A stretch of 64,000 nt of DNA from an uncultured Alphaproteobacteria bacterium (GTDB lineage Bacteria > Pseudomonadota > Alphaproteobacteria > UBA6615), in NCBI GenBank assembly GCA_943787745.1, contig CALSNJ010000005.1:14438-78437 (forward strand), in the 5' to 3' direction. The position numbers were made by a program, and so were the translations under genes. Positions 1-8,463 of this stretch are shown here, piece by piece (positions within the stretch are counted from its first letter, which is position 1; each line of letters starts with the position of its first letter). The notes beneath the pieces were generated by a model that had not been told where the DNA came from, did no database searches, and worked only from the letters and a program-made list of their open reading frames with translations.

Positions 1-305
1 GGTCCTATGGCAGCGTCAGGTCGGGACGGATCTTGAGATCGCCCGTCATCTCGGGTTGAGCCGGGCGAGTGTCTGCGGACAACGCACAAAATTCGGTATT
101 CCGGCCTTGCCGCGAAAGAAACGCGCACGGGTCCGTGAAAAGCAGCCCGGGGCCCGGATGACGCGACATCAGATCGCCAGGCTATATGCGGGACGCCAAT
201 ATGAAAATCGGTTGTCTGCTCCACCCCTGCGCGGGTTGAGGTCGCCCCTCCCGGGACTGCGCGAAACCGCGCCGTCGCCATATTCCATCGCTGCAGAGTA
301 AGGCC

Positions 306-902
306 ATGGCTCGCCCGGGACGTAAGCGGAGCGCGGAAGCGCGCCGCCGGCAGAGCACGCGTGCGGGTCGTCGACCGTATGACGGCGGCACAGCGGAATG
401 GCAGGCAAAGCGCAAACTGATTGTCGGTGCTGATGGCGCGCGGGACCCACGCGCGGGAGATCCGCTCGGCGTGTTGCAGATGACCGGTCATATCACCCGC
501 GAACAGATGGATGGCGGATGGGTTTACGCGGTTATGGGTTGGCGGGCTTTCGGCAAGCCGACTCCCTACACCCATATCTATGAGCGTTATGCGAGTGGCC
601 TGACCGGCTATTCACCGGGTGGGGCCAGCCTCTATCCGGAAACCGATGAGCGCGCCCGCGATATTCTGGCGCGCGGTGACAACGCGTTGCGCAATGCCGG
701 CCGTCTGTCGTGGTCGGAGACACGGCGGGTCGCCGTTGAGCATCAATTGCCGGCCTGGTACTGGCGGGCGATGACCGGAAAGCTGGATCGGATCGACGCC
801 ATCGAGAAGGCGGCTTTGTTGCGGGGGCTCGATGCACTTGCGATCGCCTATGGGCGGAGTGACTTTGGCACCGCCCATGCGCGCGCCAGCCGGCTGGGAT
901 GA
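306..902 (+). CDS. hypothetical protein with arginine-rich N-terminus, possibly phage-derived
   Basis: 198-aa ORF from ATG 306. N-terminus is very basic (MARPGRKRSAEARRRQSTRAGRR). No family recognised. It lies in the same mosaic region as the terminase genes. Confidence 0.4.
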   Translation: MARPGRKRSAEARRRQSTRAGRRPYDGGTAEWQAKRKLIVGADGARDPRAGDPLGVLQMTGHITREQMDGGWVYAVMGWRAFGKPTPYTHIYERYASGLTGYSPGGASLYPETDERARDILARGDNALRNAGRLSWSETRRVAVEHQLPAWYWRAMTGKLDRIDAIEKAALLRGLDALAIAYGRSDFGTAHARASRLG

Positions 903-908
903 ACGGTG

Positions 909-1841
909 TTAGAGCCCGCCATCCTGACGGCGCTCTTCATGGGCACGTATTGAAGCATAGGCCGCCTTGAACAAGGGCTCGTCGATGCCGTGTTCGCGGG
1001 CCGTGCTCAGAAGCAGGCCGAGAATGTCTTCGCCTTCGGTTTGATTTCCGGCTTCCACGTCGCGGAGCATGGATGTGGCATAGCCCGAATGGGGATCGGC
1101 AAACAGCTTGCGGTAATTCGCCATGAATGTGTCGCTGGGTGGATATCCTGAACGGCGCGCCACCTCGGCCGTGGTCTCCAGGAAATGCTGGAAAAGCTCT
1201 GCGCCTTCGTCGGACCGGACGATCTGCCCGGCATTGGCGCGCATAAGGCAGGTCATGCCGGCAGCCGTAGCGAGATGAACGAATTTCTCCCACATGCCCT
1301 GCATGGCATTTTCAAGGGCGACGGGTTCCAGGCCTTCAGCGGCTGCCAATGCGTCACGCAGTGCAATAACCCGGTCGCTGAGCCCGCCCTCCTGCTCGCC
1401 AAACCGCAGCCAGCGCCAGTCATTCTTGTGTTCGATGGAGCCGTCGGGCATGCGCAGGGCTGAGATTTGCACTGTTCCGGCAAGAATACGCTCCGGGCCA
1501 AAAGCCGCGTTGAGCGTGTTGATATGTCCAATTCCATTGAGGATCGGCAGGACCATCGTGTCGGGACCGACAGCCGGGGTGATGGCCGCGATGGCGCTTT
1601 CAAGGTCGTAAGCCTTCGCCGTCACGATCACGATGTCGTACGGCGTCGTGACCTCGTCGGCGGTAACCGTTTTGACGCGAATATTCAGATCGCCGTAAAC
1701 GCTCCTGATCTGAAGTCCGTCCGCATCGAGCTGCGCCTTGCGGGCTGGTCGCACCAAAAGAGTGACGTCTAACCCGGCGTCGGTCAGCCGACCTCCCAGA
1801 TATCCGCCGATGGCGCCGGCGCCGAGTATCAGGACTTTCAT
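909..1841 (-). CDS. 2-dehydropantoate 2-reductase family (ApbA/PanE-like) oxidoreductase
   Basis: 310-aa ORF with an N-terminal Rossmann motif (MKVLILGAGAIGGYLGG) and ketopantoate-reductase-like length and layout. A paralogue lies at 47814..48788. Confidence 0.8.
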   Translation of the reverse strand: MKVLILGAGAIGGYLGGRLTDAGLDVTLLVRPARKAQLDADGLQIRSVYGDLNIRVKTVTADEVTTPYDIVIVTAKAYDLESAIAAITPAVGPDTMVLPILNGIGHINTLNAAFGPERILAGTVQISALRMPDGSIEHKNDWRWLRFGEQEGGLSDRVIALRDALAAAEGLEPVALENAMQGMWEKFVHLATAAGMTCLMRANAGQIVRSDEGAELFQHFLETTAEVARRSGYPPSDTFMANYRKLFADPHSGYATSMLRDVEAGNQTEGEDILGLLLSTAREHGIDEPLFKAAYASIRAHEERRQDGGL

Positions 1842-1919
1842 GCGGTTTCCTCGTGATTGGGAACTGAAACGGGAGTTGGCGACTGCTGCGATGGAGTGTC
1901 GAGAGGGATAACTGACATT

Positions 1920-2561
1920 TTAATCCGCGAACCAGCTGCGCCAGCCGTCCGAGCTGGTCAGGGCATCGGCGATGATGGCGTAGCCCTCACCCACGGCATG
2001 AACCCCGTCACAGTCGCGCTGGTGGCGGGCCCAGTCGGCATTGTCTGACAGCGCGCTGAACAGGTCGAGATAGGGAATGCCCAGTTCGCCGCACAATTCC
2101 GCGTAAGCGGTGTTCAGCGCCCCCGCGCGTTCCGACTCAAAGTGATAGGCGATCCCGTTGGGAAAGATATAGGGCTGCATGTCATCGATGGTCGGGATCG
2201 GCCCGAGCATCAGGGTCGGGCGCCAGGCCGTGGCTTCGGTCAGGATTGCGCGCGCATTCACGACGGACTTTTCGATGGGGACACGGATGCCCGCCCCAAC
2301 TTCCTCAGCCATGTCATTCACGCCGAAGGAAAACACCAGATGCCCGTTGACGTGATCCGGCAGGCGAACCTCGCACTCGCGGCGCCAGCGCGGCGCGATC
2401 ATGTCCGTGGTGTCGCCCCGCACTCCGTTGTTGTAAAGGGTAACGTCATGTCCGCGTTGGGTCTCGGCGATACAGGCGCGTCCCGGCCAGCCGAGAAAGT
2501 CGGTGTCCCCGCTGCCCACCGTGATGCTGTCTCCGACGAAACAAATGCGTAGCGTTGCCAT
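1920..2561 (-). CDS. SGNH/GDSL family hydrolase
   Basis: I chose the ATG at 2559-2561 (MATLRICFVGDSITVGSG) rather than the ORF-track start at 2834. SGNH blocks are visible: GDS, GVRGD, GVND, DGVH. Confidence 0.8.
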   Translation of the reverse strand: MATLRICFVGDSITVGSGDTDFLGWPGRACIAETQRGHDVTLYNNGVRGDTTDMIAPRWRRECEVRLPDHVNGHLVFSFGVNDMAEEVGAGIRVPIEKSVVNARAILTEATAWRPTLMLGPIPTIDDMQPYIFPNGIAYHFESERAGALNTAYAELCGELGIPYLDLFSALSDNADWARHQRDCDGVHAVGEGYAIIADALTSSDGWRSWFAD

Positions 2562-2631
2562 GTTGTGTTCCCCTTTTGCCTGATGTGACCTGCGTTTGAT
2601 TTTTGCATCCTTCGTGTCGCGAGGGTAGCGT

Positions 2632-2694
2632 GCACGAAATTCAGGATCACAAAGTTGCGCCCGTCGAGGTTTTCTTCCGGCGGGTTTTGTTTTG
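2632..2694 (+). ncRNA. candidate small RNA, copy 1 of a tandem pair
   Basis: Promoter-like TTGCAT (2603-2608), 17-nt spacer, TAGCGT (2626-2631). A conserved segment gcacgaaattcaggatcaca follows, then a hairpin CCCGTCG/CGGCGGG (2660-2684) and a T-rich tail (2685-2693). No + strand gene lies upstream that this terminator could serve. Confidence 0.3.
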
Positions 2695-2712
2695 CGGTCT
2701 TCCTTTCCGACT

Positions 2713-2798
2713 GTCATGGCCGGACTTGATCCGGTCATCCACGTCCATGTGTCACGCGGCCCGCTGACGTGGATACCCGCAACAAGTGCGGGCATGAC
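2713..2798. repeat. nested palindromic (REP/RIME-like) intergenic element
   Basis: The arms gtcatggccggacttgatccggtcatccacgtc (2713-2745) and gacgtggatacccgcaacaagtgcgggcatgac (2766-2798) are reverse complements in outline. Each arm has its own internal stem-loop. Confidence 0.6.
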
Positions 2799-2865
2799 GC
2801 GTTGGTGGACGGATCGCGTACACCTGCACTTCAAAATTGCCGATGGGTTGCACAGCCATTAGGGT

Positions 2866-2923
2866 GCACGAAATTCAGGATCACATGTTTGCGCCCGCCG
2901 GGTTTCCTTCGGCGGGTTTTTTT
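2866..2923 (+). ncRNA. candidate small RNA, copy 2 of a tandem pair
   Basis: Promoter-like TTGCCG (2837-2842), 17-nt spacer, TAGGGT (2860-2865). The same conserved segment gcacgaaattcaggatcaca follows, then a 7-bp GC stem CCCGCCG/CGGCGGG (2894-2916) and a run of seven T (2917-2923). It ends 20 nt before the terS ATG. Confidence 0.3.
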
Positions 2924-2942
2924 GTTGGGCGCGGGGGTGCGG

Positions 2943-3392
2943 ATGAGCCGGGGCGTGAACATCGGACGTGCAAGGCGTCAGGCATTTCTCGCTGCGCTTC
3001 GCGACAGCGCAAATGTGAGTGCATCCGCACATGCGACAGGGGTCGAAAGATGGAAATGGTATCGCCTGCGCCGCGCTGATTCGGGGTTTGCCGCTGAATG
3101 GCTCGATGCTCTCGAAACCGGGATCGATGCTCTTGAGGATGAAGCAATGCGTCGTGCGCTGGAGGGCGGTGAGGAGCCTGTTTTTTATCAGGGCAAGATC
3201 GTGGGCAGTGTGCGGAAATACTCCGACACGCTTCTGATGTTCATGCTCAAGGCACGTCGGCCCGAACGATACCGGGATCGGGTTGGTGTTGATGTTGCCG
3301 AGGATGTCCGCGCATTGCTGAAGGCGGTTGATGGACAGACGCATGTCGCGCCCGAGCCGAAGAAGCAGTCGGCAAATGACGAACGATCCTGA
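2943..3392 (+). CDS. phage terminase small subunit
   Basis: ATG at 2943 (MSRGVNIGRARRQAFL). The C-terminal motif YSDTLLMFMLKARRPERYRDRV is typical of alphaproteobacterial prophage TerS. The gene overlaps the terL start. Confidence 0.65.
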   Translation: MSRGVNIGRARRQAFLAALRDSANVSASAHATGVERWKWYRLRRADSGFAAEWLDALETGIDALEDEAMRRALEGGEEPVFYQGKIVGSVRKYSDTLLMFMLKARRPERYRDRVGVDVAEDVRALLKAVDGQTHVAPEPKKQSANDERS

Positions 3393-4881
3393 TTTCGCGC
3401 GCGCGGTCGCGCAGTTTTCCGATCAGCGCTGGCGGCTCAACAATCTCTACTGGATACGCGATGCCCATGGACGGCGGGTGAAATTCACGATGAACCCGGC
3501 GCAGACGGCGTTGTATGAGGCGCGCCACACGTTGAACCTTGTGCTGAAAGCGCGACAGCTGGGCATGACGACCTTTACCCAGCTGTTCATGCTGGACGCC
3601 TGCCTGTTCAACTCCAACATTGCGGCGGGCACAGTGGCCCATACGCTTCATGATGCCGAAGCTATCTTCAAGGAGAAGGTGCGCTATCCCTATGAGCAAT
3701 TGCCCGCCGCGCTGCGGCAGGCGATTCCCGCCGTGAGTGATTCTGCGCGGGAGCTCGCTTTTGCCAATGGGTCGAGCCTGCGTGTGGGGACCAGCCTGCG
3801 GTCGGGCACCTATCAGTATCTGCATGTTTCCGAGTATGGCGCGATCTGCGCGCGCTACCCCGACAAGGCAGCAGAAATTCGCGCTGGTGCCCTGAACACG
3901 GTGCATCCGGGACAAACAATTTTCATCGAATCGACCGCGGAGGGCCGGGAGCGGGATTTTTATGAGTTCTGTCATCGCGCGCGGGGCCATGCCGCCGAAG
4001 GGCGAGCCCTGACGGCGCTGGATTTCCGGTTCCATTTCTTTCCGTGGTGGGGCCATGCCGGATACGAACTGCCGCCCGAAGAGGTGCCGATACCGGCCCG
4101 GCTCGAGCGATATTTTGCGGAGCTATCCGATGCCGGAATTAAGCTCTCGCCGGGTCAGCGCGCCTGGTACACCCGCAAGGCCGAACAACAGGGGGACCGG
4201 ATGATGCGGGAATTTCCCTCAACCCCCGATGAAGCTTTTGCGGCCTCGATTGAAGGTGCGTATTTCGGGCGGGACATGGCTCGTGTCCGAACCGAAGGGC
4301 GGATTTGTGTAGTGCCCCACGAACCGGGCCTGCCGGTGAACACCTTCTGGGATTTGGGTATCAACGACACCAGCGCGATCTGGTTTCATCAGCGTGTCGG
4401 CCGCGAGGATCGTTTCATTGATTTCCACGAGGAGAATGGCGAGGGACTGGCCCATTATGTGAACCTGCTGCGCGAGAAGCCCTACACATATGGGACTCAC
4501 TATCTGCCCCATGACGTGGAGGTGCGGGAGTTGGACACGGGATTGTCACGCCGCCGGATGCTGGAAGACCTCGGCCTGCGCCCGATCACGACCGTGCCGC
4601 GTGCCAACGACATCGGGACAGAAATACAAGCCGCGCGTAACGCGTTGGCGCGGTGCTGGTTCGACGCGAAAAGATGTGACGCCGGGCTGCGCCACCTCGA
4701 CAATTATCGCCGGGAATGGGATGGGCGGCGCGGTGTCTGGAAGGACCGCCCCCGCCATGACAGCGCCTCCCACGGCGCGGATGCGTTCCGGATGTTCGCG
4801 GTGGGGTATCGGCCAGCGGTCACAACAGCGGATTTCCCCGCGACAGTGGGCATGGACTGGGACCCGCTGGCGCCAAACTAA
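3376..4881 (+). CDS. phage terminase large subunit
   Basis: ATG at 3376 (MTNDPDFARAV). ATPase motifs LKARQLGMTT and YLHVSEYG are present. Nuclease-domain motifs WDLGINDTSAIWF, HYLPHD and HGADAFR are present. Confidence 0.85.
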   Translation: MTNDPDFARAVAQFSDQRWRLNNLYWIRDAHGRRVKFTMNPAQTALYEARHTLNLVLKARQLGMTTFTQLFMLDACLFNSNIAAGTVAHTLHDAEAIFKEKVRYPYEQLPAALRQAIPAVSDSARELAFANGSSLRVGTSLRSGTYQYLHVSEYGAICARYPDKAAEIRAGALNTVHPGQTIFIESTAEGRERDFYEFCHRARGHAAEGRALTALDFRFHFFPWWGHAGYELPPEEVPIPARLERYFAELSDAGIKLSPGQRAWYTRKAEQQGDRMMREFPSTPDEAFAASIEGAYFGRDMARVRTEGRICVVPHEPGLPVNTFWDLGINDTSAIWFHQRVGREDRFIDFHEENGEGLAHYVNLLREKPYTYGTHYLPHDVEVRELDTGLSRRRMLEDLGLRPITTVPRANDIGTEIQAARNALARCWFDAKRCDAGLRHLDNYRREWDGRRGVWKDRPRHDSASHGADAFRMFAVGYRPAVTTADFPATVGMDWDPLAPN

Positions 4882-5669
4882 TCCCGTGTCGGCTGGCCGT
4901 TGGCGTAGAACTCCAGACGCTCGAGCAGCTTGAAGACGTCATCGGTGCGTCCGCTTTGTCGCAACATGCCGAACAGTTCGCGGTCGGTGATCACCATATC
5001 GGCACCGTTGAACTCACGTTTCATGTAGTCGATGGCGCGTTCCACGGTGACGACGGCCTTGCGATATTCGCCCAGCTCGGCGTGCGCAGCGGCGAGTGTC
5101 GTGAGAGCCTTTGAGGAGGTCTGACGTTTGACCGCGATCTGTGCCCATTTCAGAGCTTGCGCACCATCGCGCACGGTGAAATCGGGAGATGTGGCGTAAA
5201 CCCAGGCGATGGCGTTCGTGGCTTCGGCAAGCCCAAGATCGGCTGCGCGCCGGTACCAGGAGATGGCTTGGGCATCGCTTTGGTCGACGCCGCGCCCGTA
5301 TTCATAGGCAATGCCGATATTGTACATCGCGCGTGCATCGGTTCTGGCCGCGGCCTTTCGGTACCAGAACAGCGCATAGGAATAGTTTCGGGAAACCGCC
5401 TTGCCCTGGCTGTACATGGTGCCAAGGTTGTTCATCGACTTGATGTGACCCTGATCGGCGAGCGCCGTCCATGTCGCGACGGCGGCGTCAAAGTCTCCGC
5501 GAATATAGGAATTGTAACCCCGCCGGAACTCGGCTTCCTGTGCTTTGGGCGAGGGCGGGTTGGCCGACTGCGCATGGGCTGGGTCCGGCATGGATGCCTG
5601 CATGACGGCGATCAGTGCGGCCATTGCGATGGCCGCAAGACATGTCCGAACAGTTCGTTGAATCCTCAT
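4878..5669 (-). CDS. secreted Sel1-like repeat (SLR/TPR) protein
   Basis: Signal peptide ending in AHA, then repeated Sel1 units (NNLGTMYSQGKAV..., MYNIGIAYEYGRGV..., AISWYRRAADLG). Its stop codon overlaps the terL stop on the opposite strand. Confidence 0.8.
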   Translation of the reverse strand: MRIQRTVRTCLAAIAMAALIAVMQASMPDPAHAQSANPPSPKAQEAEFRRGYNSYIRGDFDAAVATWTALADQGHIKSMNNLGTMYSQGKAVSRNYSYALFWYRKAAARTDARAMYNIGIAYEYGRGVDQSDAQAISWYRRAADLGLAEATNAIAWVYATSPDFTVRDGAQALKWAQIAVKRQTSSKALTTLAAAHAELGEYRKAVVTVERAIDYMKREFNGADMVITDRELFGMLRQSGRTDDVFKLLERLEFYANGQPTRD

Positions 5670-6100
5670 GCATTGTCAGCCTTTTCGAAAGCGTCGCGTG
5701 CGAAGGCGCCGCGCATGCCACCGATCGCCAGAATAATGGCAGCCAAATGTACCGCGACCTGGGGGTCGAAGCCTTTGATGCGGATCAAAACGACCAATGT
5801 GTCGAGGACCAGCAGCGACACCATACCGACAATTGCACCGCGCGAGCCGCGCCAGCTGTACGTCGCCAGGGCGCCGTATAGCAGCGCCAGGAAAAGCTGA
5901 ATCACCCCGGGCCAGAGTTCATCACCACTGATGCGTGTCTGTTGGCCCGAGATCACGATGATCAGGAATGCGCCGAGCAGAAAGTGCACGGCGACCATGA
6001 TCCATCCGGCAACGCCGCCATTCTGGACCGCCTGTTCGGCGAGTTCCGGAGTGTCGATGCGTGGGTAAAAAACACGCTGGAGCAATGCGCCGAGCTTCAT
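5666..6100 (-). CDS. small multi-pass membrane protein, hypothetical
   Basis: ATG at 6098-6100 (MKLGALLQRVF) with an AGGAAGG ribosome-binding site. Several hydrophobic spans. Its TGA overlaps the ATG of the Sel1 gene (ATGA). Confidence 0.55.
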   Translation of the reverse strand: MKLGALLQRVFYPRIDTPELAEQAVQNGGVAGWIMVAVHFLLGAFLIIVISGQQTRISGDELWPGVIQLFLALLYGALATYSWRGSRGAIVGMVSLLVLDTLVVLIRIKGFDPQVAVHLAAIILAIGGMRGAFARDAFEKADNA

Positions 6101-6204
6101 AAGGCCTTCCTTTGGATCGCATACAACCATCCGCGCCGAAATAGCGCCACCCCGATCTTTTGCGCAACCGCCCGCCGGCCCCGACTGACCTGAAAAGGAG
6201 CTGA

Positions 6205-6411
6205 ATGATGAGTGCTGTTTTCGGAAAACCGTCTCCACCGCCACCCGCACCCTTGCCGCCGACGCCCGAAGATCCGGCCGTGGAAGCGGCGCGCAAACGT
6301 GCGCAGCGTGCCGCGCAGAACGCCAAGGGGCGGGCGGCCACAATCCTGACAGGCGGGCAAGGCCTGACCGGGGACATGCCGATCAACAAGAAAACCCTGC
6401 TGGGAGCATGA
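6205..6411 (+). CDS. small proline-rich hypothetical protein, phage-like
   Basis: 68-aa ORF. The PPPPAPLPPTP tract and C-terminal TILTGGQGL...KTLLGA resemble small virion-associated proteins. It is tightly packed with the next two ORFs. Confidence 0.4.
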   Translation: MMSAVFGKPSPPPPAPLPPTPEDPAVEAARKRAQRAAQNAKGRAATILTGGQGLTGDMPINKKTLLGA

Positions 6412-6415
6412 ACCA

Positions 6416-6727
6416 ATGAGCACGCCAATCAAGATAACCACGCCGGGTGTTTACCTGCAGGCCACAACGTCATCGGGCGACCGGGTGGGATTGCCTGACC
6501 GTGGCGCGGGTGCGCAGGTGCTTGTCTATAACGACAGCGCGCAGCTTGCCTTCCTCAGCTTTGGTGACGGCGCGGTCACTGCGACCGGCGGCATCAGCGA
6601 ACCCGATATTCCCGTGCCGCCCGGTGCCATGCTGACCCTCACGCGCCCACCCACGGCAACTCATGCTTCGGCCATCACGAATGCCGGCACAGCCGATTTG
6701 TATCTCGCCGCCGGAGAGGGAAACTAG
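6416..6727 (+). CDS. hypothetical protein, phage-like
   Basis: 103-aa ORF that starts 5 nt after the previous stop. No family recognised. Confidence 0.4.
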   Translation: MSTPIKITTPGVYLQATTSSGDRVGLPDRGAGAQVLVYNDSAQLAFLSFGDGAVTATGGISEPDIPVPPGAMLTLTRPPTATHASAITNAGTADLYLAAGEGN

Positions 6728-6728
6728 G

Positions 6729-7202
6729 ATGAGTGTAAAAGCCATAAGCCGCACCATCGCGGGTGCGCCGGATTACGAAACCGGAACCTGGCCGCCGGTG
6801 CTCGAGGGCACGACGGTCGCAGGAACACACACCTACGCGAACCAGGGCGGGACTTATGTCCGAATCGGAAATCTGGTCTGGGCGACAGGGATTGTCGCAT
6901 TGAGTGCGTTCGACCCAACGACATCGGGGAATATGCTGATTACCGGGCTGCCTTTTGTGCAATCTGGCGGGAGTCGTAACTCGTCAGGTGTGTCGATTGG
7001 TAGGTTTAGAAATATTAGTCTGAACGTGTCTGGCGGATTTTATTTTCCATTCCTGACCTTGCCAGGGGGTGTCTCATATATCCAACTCAATCAAGCTGGC
7101 GACAACGTTGTAGAAGCCGGAATAGCAGCCACGGACATGACCAATGATAGTGCGATGCGTTTAACTGCCACCTACGTTACTGGAACTGAGTCGGTGGGAT
7201 AA
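6729..7202 (+). CDS. hypothetical protein, possible phage structural or fibre-like protein
   Basis: ATG at 6729 (MSVKAISRT) preceded by GAGAGGGA. Gly/Thr/Ser-rich. The 3-prime half is visibly more A+T-rich. It overlaps the convergent sulfatase gene by 26 nt. Confidence 0.4.
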   Translation: MSVKAISRTIAGAPDYETGTWPPVLEGTTVAGTHTYANQGGTYVRIGNLVWATGIVALSAFDPTTSGNMLITGLPFVQSGGSRNSSGVSIGRFRNISLNVSGGFYFPFLTLPGGVSYIQLNQAGDNVVEAGIAATDMTNDSAMRLTATYVTGTESVG

Positions 7203-8463
7203 ACGGCGAACTACCATAGCGCTGGATAACTTTGTCTCTCAGCGTTCCGACCCAGTCAGGGTTCTGTAGGGCGAGATTGTTTTGCTCAAGCGGATCAGAC
7301 ACTAGATCAAACGCCATTTCAAAACTGTGTTCCGGCATGGTCACAAACTTCTTTGTTCGGGTGCGTATGCCCGCCGCACCGAAAGCAGGTAGCAGGTATT
7401 CGTAGTAGAAGTCTTCACGTTCTGCATCGAGAAGGTTGATGCCGTCGCGATCATGGGGCCAGCCAAGTGCTCCATAAATTGTCGGCGCGACGTCGATGTT
7501 CAGCGCGAGCTTTGTCGATGGTCCTGAAACACCTGGAACCTTTAGAATGAAGGGAACCCGAATGGATTCCTCATGGGCCAGCCATTTCCCCGGTCGGCCA
7601 TGCTCACCGAGAAAAAACCCATTGTCAGAGAGAAAGACGATCAATGTGTTGTCGAGGTCGACATTCTGCAAAATGCGACCGATGGCGGCATCCATTCCTG
7701 TGATCAGGCCCAGATAACCGATCAGGAAATTCCGATAGCGATCAGGGGTCGACAGCTGTTCGTTGAAGAGGATCTTGGCATATCGTTCCTGCAAACTGTC
7801 GGGCAAGCCGCTGTTGTAGTCCCAACTGAACGTAGCTGGTTTCGGGTATTCGACATTCTCGTAGAGTGCTTTGAAGCGGGCCTCGGCGGGGGTCGGGTCG
7901 TCTGCGCGTTCTGCGTGCGGGGCCCAGAAACCCACGGTCAGACAATATGGTTCATTATTGTCTTTCAGAAACTCGATAGCGCGGTCGGCGAGGTGGTCGG
8001 TCAGGTGCTTTCGTCCGGGTTTGATGTATTGGCCCGCGCCAGAAAACCCCTCGTAGAGATCAAATCCTGTCGGGGCTGGCCCTCCAAGTCCCCATTTCCC
8101 GACATAGCCGGTCCGATATCCTGCGCTCTTGAGTCGACCGTGATAGGAGGTTTCCCACTGCCACGATGACAAGGGTGTTTTGAAGTCGATGTTTTTATGA
8201 TTGGTGGCGTACTGGCCGAGCATGATGCTGGCGCGGCTCGTTGGGCAAACAGATGTGGTTACGAATGCATTTGGGAAATATGTGCCTTCGCGGGCCAACT
8301 GATCCAAGTTAGGTGTCTTGACGATGTTGTTTCCGGCGACTCCCATAAGGTCTGCCCGCATGTCGTCTGCAATGAGTACCAGGACGTTTGGGGTATCACT
8401 CGCAAAAGCAGGCAATGGCAACATTGCGGCGCCCGTCGCCATGAGAAATTCTCGCCGATTCAT
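7177..8463 (-). CDS. Tat-exported sulfatase (S1 family)
   Basis: Twin-arginine signal MNRREFLMATGAAMLPLPAFA. Metal-binding LIADDMRAD. Active-site region VCPTSRASIMLG. Sulfatase-like length and later motifs (GKWGLGG, LSDNGF). Confidence 0.85.
   Translation of the reverse strand: MNRREFLMATGAAMLPLPAFASDTPNVLVLIADDMRADLMGVAGNNIVKTPNLDQLAREGTYFPNAFVTTSVCPTSRASIMLGQYATNHKNIDFKTPLSSWQWETSYHGRLKSAGYRTGYVGKWGLGGPAPTGFDLYEGFSGAGQYIKPGRKHLTDHLADRAIEFLKDNNEPYCLTVGFWAPHAERADDPTPAEARFKALYENVEYPKPATFSWDYNSGLPDSLQERYAKILFNEQLSTPDRYRNFLIGYLGLITGMDAAIGRILQNVDLDNTLIVFLSDNGFFLGEHGRPGKWLAHEESIRVPFILKVPGVSGPSTKLALNIDVAPTIYGALGWPHDRDGINLLDAEREDFYYEYLLPAFGAAGIRTRTKKFVTMPEHSFEMAFDLVSDPLEQNNLALQNPDWVGTLRDKVIQRYGSSPFIPPTQFQ

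Noticed and set aside
56-450. Overlapping ORFs at the left edge (56..301 +, 169..450 -, 182..415 -).
   Set aside because: They are Arg/Pro-rich, mutually overlapping, have no ribosome-binding site or motifs, and conflict with the better-supported ORF at 306..902.
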